Source of the DNA: a virus
Virus record (IMG/VR): IMGVR_UViG_3300031965_000002
Coordinates: 2,082 to 66,081 of that record
Length of the DNA stretch: 64,000 bases
Direction: 5' to 3' (one strand)
The notes beneath the pieces are model-generated. The model did no database searches, had not been told where the DNA came from, and saw only the letters and a list, made by a program, of their open reading frames with translations. Below, piece after piece: positions 1-6,366 of the stretch (position 1 is its first letter; each line of letters starts with the position of its first letter). The position numbers and the translations under genes are program-made.

Positions 1-254
1 ATTGAGGATGGATACAGCGATGAATTGGACAGCTCAGAACAATTGGCCTAATCCTTGCAGAAATAGAGGCTTATGTTAGCGAGTTTTCCGACCCACATAT
101 GACTCGGGCACTTAGCTATACTATCGACTGCCAGACGATTCAGAGCATACGCCAAGCGTATCGGTTCAGCTACCATCGCACATAGCGAAGTGGCTGCAAG
201 ATGCGGTTGAGAAGGCGGGCACTTCGCCGTCCGATTTTGAGTAGAAAGGATGCC

Positions 255-437
255 ATGAGCAACATAGACGAGCGAATCCGAGAAGCCGTTAAAGAACTTC
301 CGCTGGCGGCTATCATGCACGGAAACAAGATAACGATCGCAGACGATGTGAGTCATATCTTGGGCGAAACTGTTACCTATCAACAGGTAGAAGAAGCTCT
401 CAACACTCCACATAGTAATCGAGAGAAAGGCCATTAG
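255..437 (+). CDS. Small hypothetical protein, early-type array
   Basis: ORF 201..437; GAAAGGA at 244-250 places the start at ATG 255; stop abuts the next gene at 440. Confidence 0.6.
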   Translation: MSNIDERIREAVKELPLAAIMHGNKITIADDVSHILGETVTYQQVEEALNTPHSNREKGH

Positions 438-439
438 TT

Positions 440-1132
440 ATGAGCAACACCAACCCCAAGCCGTTTTCCGCCGACCGTTTCACTGATACGCAGTTTTACA
501 CTGCAAAGGACAAAGCAGACTTTGGGAATAATCTTGTCAAGTTTATTCTCAATGGCTTTCAATGGAAAGACTTCAGCGATTCCCTTTACAAGCGGTTGAG
601 CAACTGTTTCATGCACATTGCGCACTTCAACCGTCGCGGATTCTTCGACAATTGGTTCAGCGACCCGAATCAAATTCTTGAATGGACTGATTATATCAGG
701 GCAGCGCATCCTATCGGTTCGGCGTCGCACACTTTTAGCGACTTGGAGCGAGAGTTTCAATCGTGGATGATTCGCAACTGGGACCTTATTTCTGATGTCA
801 TTGCGAGTAAGAAAAGCGATGAGAAGAAAATCGTCGATGCAAAGGGCAGTACGGTAGACTTTGCTATTGTCGCAATCAGCGACAACACCGGCGACTTTGG
901 GCACAAGCGTCATATCCTCGTTGGTCGTAACGGCGTTGCGTTCAGTGGCGACCGCCAGCCCTCGTATCACTCTCCTGGAAATAGAGACCTGAAAGTGGGC
1001 GAACAGTTTTCTTGGGAAGTGGATGCCAGCGGTATGCCCATTGAGAGAACCAAATGGTTCGAGATTTCATCGAGACTTCCCCAAGCCCCACCACAAGCCG
1101 TTATTGACGAAGCATTCGCAGTATCATCGTGA
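440..1132 (+). CDS. Hypothetical protein (230 aa)
   Basis: Long ORF co-oriented with the array; contains LYKRLSNCFMHIAHFNRRGFF, which resembles a hypothetical family I recall from phage and bacterial sequences; followed by a CCCCC-GTAA-GGGGG hairpin. Confidence 0.75.
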   Translation: MSNTNPKPFSADRFTDTQFYTAKDKADFGNNLVKFILNGFQWKDFSDSLYKRLSNCFMHIAHFNRRGFFDNWFSDPNQILEWTDYIRAAHPIGSASHTFSDLEREFQSWMIRNWDLISDVIASKKSDEKKIVDAKGSTVDFAIVAISDNTGDFGHKRHILVGRNGVAFSGDRQPSYHSPGNRDLKVGEQFSWEVDASGMPIERTKWFEISSRLPQAPPQAVIDEAFAVSS

Positions 1133-1238
1133 CTCCTTTCAACCCCCGTAAGGGGGCTATCATGCTAAAGATGGGTGCAAGGGTTGAGCCACATAGCACG
1201 GTTTCTTCGTGCCGAGGCATAACGAAAGGAACAATACA

Positions 1239-1583
1239 ATGCCAATCGAATCACATGAAGGCGGCGGAATAACAATCACGGGCAATGGAGACCTGCCCAA
1301 CGGCGGACTCAGTTTCTACACGCTCATCACGGCTCACAGCGCTATGAAGATGCATGTGGAGAGTGGTGGACGCATGAGGTTGACGAGAATGGCGACCCCC
1401 GCGAACATCCGTGCCGTCCTCAACAGCAACTATCCCAACCGTCCCGATGGAGAGTTTAAGGGAAAAACGGCCAAGACCCTTCTCAAGGAAATCATAGCCG
1501 AGGTTCAACGACAGCAAGACCTCCATAAGGCAGCCGATCCCAATTTCCAGAACGAGGCGTTCGACCGCATCCTCAACCAGTGA
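1239..1583 (+). CDS. Hypothetical protein, cassette after repeat 1
   Basis: GAAAGGA RBS then ATG at 1239 (MPIESHEGG...), within ORF 1209..1583. Confidence 0.7.
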   Translation: MPIESHEGGGITITGNGDLPNGGLSFYTLITAHSAMKMHVESGGRMRLTRMATPANIRAVLNSNYPNRPDGEFKGKTAKTLLKEIIAEVQRQQDLHKAADPNFQNEAFDRILNQ

Positions 1584-1588
1584 ATCAT

Positions 1589-1618
1589 GAACCCCTCAAT
1601 CGAGGGGTTCTTTTTATT
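1589..1618 (+). terminator. Intrinsic terminator
   Basis: GAACCCCTC-AATC-GAGGGGTTC followed by TTTTTATTT, directly after the stop at 1583. Confidence 0.85.
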
Positions 1619-1697
1619 TCCGTGCATACGAAAGATGGGTGCAGTTCCACATACAAGAAACTCCGAGCGTCAACACACAACGAAAGGAGCATCAGAC

Positions 1698-2100
1698 ATG
1701 AAAAAAAGCAGAAGTCAATAGCATCGCAACCGAGGTCTTGAACATTCTCCGTGAGGCACAGAAGCAGGGCAAGCTGCAGGAGTATGACATCGCCCGTGCT
1801 GGCGGAACCTTCAACGAAGTGGGGTTCAAGATGAAGGTCAGCATCACGAAGAGACGCACCGATGCCGACCGCGCCCGGGTCGCATCAACCTCGACGACTG
1901 AGGTTGTTACGAGAGGTCTCGCAACACCAGGAACCCCCGTCATCTGCCGGATTCGTGGCGGAGCCGCCCAGCGCGGCGAAATCGTCAAGGCCAACCGCAC
2001 GCGGTATGTCGTCAAGGGCATCGGTGGCAAGTATGACGGACAGGAGTTTACCTTTCCATTCATGGGGACTCGACTCGATACAACCCCCGCGACCGCATGA
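1698..2100 (+). pseudogene. Cassette gene frameshifted by one extra A in an A7 run just after the start codon
   Basis: GAAAGGAG RBS, ATG at 1698, then A7 (1701-1707). With A6 it reads MKKAEVNSIATEVLNILREAQ... into ORF 1738..2100; as given it stops after 7 codons. Confidence 0.65.
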
Positions 2101-2172
2101 GCCAAACCCCTGCAAGGGGGATGGCGTAGAAAAGATGGGTGCAATTCCACATACGCAAATTTCTATTGACCG

Positions 2173-2970
2173 ATGACTATGAAAACAGCATTCCTACCAT
2201 CGTTCGACATCTGCAACATCCATGACCGAAAACTGACGGTTGATCTGCTTCTCATTGAGGCGCGGAACGGCAACCGAGAAGTTTTCTTCTATCTGCCGGG
2301 CACGACCGAACACGCCGATGAGATTCCTACTCAAATCGACGAGTTTGAGTTTGAGACAGAGGAAATAGATGCGTGGTGGGAGCACGCCGCACCATACATG
2401 AAGGAATCACAATGTGTTTGTGAGTCCTGTACGACCGACCCCGGCGGCAACTGCGTAAACTGTGGGCTGCCTGCTGGTCCCGTCACGAATCTCGACAAAC
2501 TACTCGAACTCGTGGCAAATCTTGTTCGTGCAGACGAGCAGCGAGAGGATACGAGTTTCGCCGCCCGAGCCATTCGCGAGTATTTCGTGGATACGCTCAA
2601 GCGTCCTGACCCGCTCGGACTCATCCCATCAGATATGCCCTCACAAAATGAAGTGGTACTCTTGGGCGATTTCGTCGGAGATTGGCCCTGTGGACAAGAC
2701 AACGAGGGGCATGAAGCTGAATACGCATACAAGGGTCATAACTATATCATTGGACACGATGATAGTGGTTCATGGTTCTATCGCAAGGACGACACGGACG
2801 AAAAGAACCTTGCTCGCCTAGAATACTTGCGAGGCGAACTACGAGCCGAACGAATCAGTTGTGAGGAACTCGTTGAACTTCAAGACCTTATTCCATGGAT
2901 TAGCAAGGATGATACAGAACTATTGGAAGCCGCTGGTGTTCCCGAGAATAAAGAAAGCAAGGAAACATAA
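2173..2970 (+). CDS. Hypothetical multi-module protein with a Cys cluster
   Basis: 265 aa ORF after repeat 3; CVCESC...CVNCG cluster; distinct C-terminal module RLEYLRGELRAERIS...LLEAAGVPE. Confidence 0.75.
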   Translation: MTMKTAFLPSFDICNIHDRKLTVDLLLIEARNGNREVFFYLPGTTEHADEIPTQIDEFEFETEEIDAWWEHAAPYMKESQCVCESCTTDPGGNCVNCGLPAGPVTNLDKLLELVANLVRADEQREDTSFAARAIREYFVDTLKRPDPLGLIPSDMPSQNEVVLLGDFVGDWPCGQDNEGHEAEYAYKGHNYIIGHDDSGSWFYRKDDTDEKNLARLEYLRGELRAERISCEELVELQDLIPWISKDDTELLEAAGVPENKESKET

Positions 2971-3128
2971 CCGAACGGCTTAACGAACTCGGTATTGACA
3001 AATCCCAGCCCATGCGATAACCCCAACTACCGACGACTATGTTCGTTGGTAATTTTTGCGCGTAGAAAAAATGGGTGCTAGCCACATACTGCTGCGCGCT
3101 GCTATCATTCACTGATTGGAGAGCAACG

Positions 3129-3425
3129 ATGCAAGTCAAGCAAGCCGTAGATTTAACCGAGCAGTTCTTGCGCAAGGTCGTTGGACCTGGCGCATTACAA
3201 CGAATGACCCCTGAACCATGCCCCGAAGGAACCTTCATTGGTCAATACATTAGCAAGGTTCAATGCTACAATGTTGCTATCAAGCCCACGCACGATAGTC
3301 AAGGTACGCCCTTTATCGCCGTACATATTCAGACGGCAGACGATGCTAAGAAGGGAAGCGGAGACTGGCGCATCTATAGCGATGCAAGCGACTATGATAT
3401 GCCCCGCCAAGTTCTACACCCCTAA
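3129..3425 (+). CDS. Hypothetical protein, cassette after repeat 4
   Basis: GGAGAG RBS then ATG at 3129, within ORF 3075..3425; 40 nt after the repeat. Confidence 0.65.
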   Translation: MQVKQAVDLTEQFLRKVVGPGALQRMTPEPCPEGTFIGQYISKVQCYNVAIKPTHDSQGTPFIAVHIQTADDAKKGSGDWRIYSDASDYDMPRQVLHP

Positions 3426-3472
3426 TCCACATACGAATACCTGCCCGTTCCGTAGATTGAAAGGAGCAACAA

Positions 3473-3820
3473 ATGTGCGAAGGCCACCACTACAACGGGC
3501 ACCTTATCGACATCTGGGAAGAGCGTGAGGACGACAACACCAAGTTGTTCCATGATGTGTTCCCGCCCGGTTCGTGGACCGGCAAGGGCGAAGTCACGGG
3601 CCGCAACTGCCGCGACTGCAAGACTCTCGACCTATCACCGTACGGAACCGATGACCTTTCGCTCTGCGCCGCGATGATTGACCTCGGATTTCCCACCCGT
3701 GAGGATGTGCTGCCCAATGGCAGCGTTGGGCCTCTCCGACACGAGGATGTAGAAACCCTCTGGCAAGCCAAGTTCGGCGATAAACCGATGCCGACGATGG
3801 CCGACATCACCCGCCTCTAA
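3473..3820 (+). CDS. Hypothetical protein
   Basis: GAAAGGAG RBS before ATG 3473; stop followed by a CCGCC-GAAA-GGCGG hairpin. Confidence 0.7.
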   Translation: MCEGHHYNGHLIDIWEEREDDNTKLFHDVFPPGSWTGKGEVTGRNCRDCKTLDLSPYGTDDLSLCAAMIDLGFPTREDVLPNGSVGPLRHEDVETLWQAKFGDKPMPTMADITRL

Positions 3821-3914
3821 CCAATGGAGCCGCCGAAAGGCGGAGGCCATACAGAAGATGCATACAGAAGATGGGTGCAACACCACATAGCTACCAGTTT
3901 TAGCGTCTTTAAGC

Positions 3915-4082
3915 ATGGACACCGATAACCTCAAGTTTGAAGTTCTCCAGCTTCGGCAGCGAATCGAGCGAATCGTCCGGCGTCGGGGGATTATCGAGTC
4001 GTATCTATCTATCCGTGCGGTCGCCATTCTTAGCGTTCGTGTTCGGTTGCTTGAGGTTCAAATCAGGAAGGGCAACACATGA
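3915..4082 (+). CDS. Small basic hypothetical protein (55 aa, below the ORF-track cutoff)
   Basis: Manual translation MDTDNLKFEVLQLRQRIERIVRRRG...KGNT*; ATGA overlap with the start at 4079; no clear RBS. Confidence 0.45.
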   Translation: MDTDNLKFEVLQLRQRIERIVRRRGIIESYLSIRAVAILSVRVRLLEVQIRKGNT

Positions 4083-4411
4083 AAAGCGTAAACGGCAAGC
4101 TCGGAAACATGCGGAAGGCGGTCGATTGGACCGTTTACCCCCAGAATTACAATACAAGCAAAAGCGAGACAACGGGCGCTCAAACGCTTTTCATTCAGAG
4201 CGACAAACGCGCCTGCGCCATCAATGTCGAGACCGGCAAGGGGATGCTGAGCAACGGGCGAGGACACCCCGGATTCCATTCGACGCTGGCATCGCTCGGA
4301 GCCAAAGAAATCGATGTGCCCCGCGAGTTCATCGACGAGTGTTTGGAAGCTGAACCCAAGAGCGGCGACACTATCGGGCGAGCGGGCACCGTAGTCGTCC
4401 GCATCGCATAA
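4079..4411 (+). CDS. Hypothetical protein
   Basis: AGGAAGG RBS; 110 aa ORF ending just before the ATGCCCC-GCGA-GGGGTAT hairpin. Confidence 0.75.
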   Translation: MKSVNGKLGNMRKAVDWTVYPQNYNTSKSETTGAQTLFIQSDKRACAINVETGKGMLSNGRGHPGFHSTLASLGAKEIDVPREFIDECLEAEPKSGDTIGRAGTVVVRIA

Positions 4412-4504
4412 CCAATGCCCCGCGAGGGGTATCCTCTACAAAAGATGGGTGCTAGAACACATACAATTCTGGCGGCAAACCATTCACTGAAAGGAACGCA
4501 AATC

Positions 4505-4762
4505 ATGACCACACGAATCACGATTGATACCGATGAACGATTCGCGCCCGGCTGCTTTATTCTCTGCCAAGTGGATGCCCAAGATAACTGGGATACGCGC
4601 GACGAATCAAAGACCATTCTTGTTCAGCGAGACACGGATTTTCCAGCGATGGCGCGAAACTTCGGTTGGACGGGCACTGACTCGGACATTGAGGGAGCCG
4701 TTGATTTCCTCAATGACACAGCGCCCGGCGAAATCATCGACGACCCCGGCTATTTCGATTGA
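4505..4762 (+). CDS. Acidic hypothetical protein, cassette after repeat 6
   Basis: GAAAGGA RBS then ATG at 4505, within ORF 4415..4762; followed by a TGCCC-TTCG-GGGCA hairpin. Confidence 0.7.
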   Translation: MTTRITIDTDERFAPGCFILCQVDAQDNWDTRDESKTILVQRDTDFPAMARNFGWTGTDSDIEGAVDFLNDTAPGEIIDDPGYFD

Positions 4763-4851
4763 GCCGTGCCCTTCGGGGCAGGATCTACAGAAGATGGGTG
4801 CATCTCCACATACGGCAACAACGGGCGGCCATGCGATGAAAGGAACAAACC

Positions 4852-5277
4852 ATGCCAGAGACAGTCAAATTCAAGTATCGCGCTACTTATCTCATGGTAG
4901 ACGCGGAAGAGGACAAATACGAAAATGGATGCGAACCAGAGACCAGCGTCTGTAAAGTTTCTCAAAGAGTCTATACAGAGGCCGACACACTCAAGGGCTT
5001 GATTGAAAATCTTGCGCATGAATGGGGGCTCAATGACAATCCCAGCGAAGGCTGGATTTTGATGCGCGATGAAAATACAGATAAGGTTCGCATCATCTAC
5101 CAGCAAATAGAGAACGCGGACGGCATGGCCATGAGCGACACGGAGAAAAAGCGATGGAAGAAGGGCGAGATTAAGATGTGGCTCGCGGACTACTCATTTA
5201 CTGTTGAGAAGGTTCCCGTCGAGACAATTAGCATCGACGACGACGAGGCCGCCAGCATCGGACTGGAAGTTAGTTGA
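4852..5277 (+). CDS. Acidic hypothetical protein, cassette after repeat 7
   Basis: GAAAGGA RBS; 141 aa ORF; followed by a TCCCC-AAAA-GGGGA hairpin. Confidence 0.75.
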   Translation: MPETVKFKYRATYLMVDAEEDKYENGCEPETSVCKVSQRVYTEADTLKGLIENLAHEWGLNDNPSEGWILMRDENTDKVRIIYQQIENADGMAMSDTEKKRWKKGEIKMWLADYSFTVEKVPVETISIDDDEAASIGLEVS

Positions 5278-5372
5278 CACAAAACTCCCCAAAAGGGGAA
5301 GCGTTCATAGAAGATGGGTGCAACTACACATACGATAGTTGCAGATGGTCAAGCGTTGAAAGGATGAAAGCC

Positions 5373-5795
5373 ATGACAATCACACGCGACGACCTGAGCC
5401 CATTCGCACGCGGATACATCGCCGCTATGCTATTCAGCACGAACGATGAATCTGATCCGTCCGGCGGCGAGCCGATGGATGCCAACTATGATATTGAGGA
5501 TTTCGTCCCCGAAGCCCTCCATCGCATCGTAGATGACTGCAACGCCTTTGTTGCGGCGAATGAGGCACGATATGCCGACGCTGAAGATGAATCATGCTCG
5601 GATGGCGTTTGGACGGGCGAAGAATCGGCGGGTTACGATTTCTGGATGACGCGCAACGGGCTTGGCGTTGGATTCTGGGAACGCGAACGGGAAGACAAGT
5701 ACGGCAAGGCAAACGCGGAAGCCATGCACGAATACAGCAAGGCCACCGGCGAATGTCACCCCTACATCGGGGACAATGGCAAGGTTTACATCTAA
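5373..5795 (+). CDS. Phage-type hypothetical protein, cassette after repeat 8
   Basis: GAAAGGA RBS then ATG at 5373; motif AGYDFWMTRNGLGVGFW resembles a phage hypothetical family I recall (not verified by search). Confidence 0.75.
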   Translation: MTITRDDLSPFARGYIAAMLFSTNDESDPSGGEPMDANYDIEDFVPEALHRIVDDCNAFVAANEARYADAEDESCSDGVWTGEESAGYDFWMTRNGLGVGFWEREREDKYGKANAEAMHEYSKATGECHPYIGDNGKVYI

Positions 5796-6013
5796 GACAC
5801 GGCCCCCTTGAGGAAGGGGCCGCAGCCCAAAGAAGATGGGTGCTAATTGGGGTAGCCCCGCCATACTCCCTATTAATAATCTAGGGACTCCCACCGCTCC
5901 AGGGGATACCTTAGAGGCATCTCCTGCTCGCTTTCTTCGAGGGCAACCGAGAAGCTGCTCGCTTTCTCTCTTCGGTCAAAGGATGTCACCAGATTTTTGA
6001 CGAACTTAGATTT

Positions 6014-6154
6014 ATGGGACTCGATTTGAACGATACGAATATTGGCCACTGGTTCACCAGATTTTACAACCGCAACAAGCGGACCATCGCGATGCTCGGA
6101 GCTTGCCTTTCGGTTATCGCCGCTATCATCACAATAATCATGCGACTTTTTTGA
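6014..6154 (+). CDS. Putative small membrane protein (46 aa)
   Basis: Manual translation MGLDLNDTNIGHWFTRFYNRNKRTIAMLGACLSVIAAIITIIMRLF*, with a hydrophobic C-terminal helix; no clear RBS. Confidence 0.4.
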   Translation: MGLDLNDTNIGHWFTRFYNRNKRTIAMLGACLSVIAAIITIIMRLF

Positions 6155-6309
6155 CGCCGCAGACTCCCTCCCCCCCCTAAAAAGAGGTAGGGACTCCTAG
6201 ATTTTTAAAAGAGCAAAAGGCCCGGAAAATTCCGGAAATAAAAAATCGACCAGAAAAAACGATACCTGGCGGAATCGCAGCAAGCTGCTTATAATAAAAA
6301 CGATATAGA

Positions 6310-6342
6310 AAAAACTCACTCAAAAAATGCGAGTGAGTTTTT
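6310..6342. terminator. Bidirectional terminator-like hairpin between convergent blocks
   Basis: AAAAACTCACTC (6310-6321) and GAGTGAGTTTTT (6331-6342) form a perfect 12 bp inverted repeat with A/T tails. Confidence 0.8.
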
Positions 6343-6366
6343 AATTTTGTAATCAAGATTAAGGCC

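Larger units (their letters stand above)
1168..5866 (+). repeat. Nine dispersed intergenic copies of AAGATGGGTGC-(N4-5)-[CA]CACATA[CG], most preceded by a GC-rich hairpin
   Basis: Copies read at 1168-1196, 1632-1654, 2132-2154, 3068-3089, 3868-3890, 4442-4464, 4791-4813, 5311-5333 and 5833-5866. All are intergenic and on the + strand. Confidence 0.95.

Noticed and set aside
388-415. Possible degenerate tenth repeat AGAAGAAGCTCTCAACACTCCACATAG
   Set aside because: Lies inside a coding region, lacks the ATGGGTGC box and has no upstream hairpin.
2965-4420. Integron attC sites (TAAC follows the stops at 2968, 3818 and 4409)
   Set aside because: No matching GTTRRRY core closing a long imperfect palindrome, and no integron integrase in the window.
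1168-5866. CRISPR array interpretation of the repeats
   Set aside because: Intervals are 349-935 bp and contain whole genes, the repeats are degenerate in the middle, and no cas genes are present.
48-5894. Minus-strand and alternate-frame ORFs across the array (e.g. 434-970, 1692-2150, 3937-4353, 5594-5884)
   Set aside because: They overlap RBS-supported + strand genes and look like shadow ORFs of GC-rich sequence.
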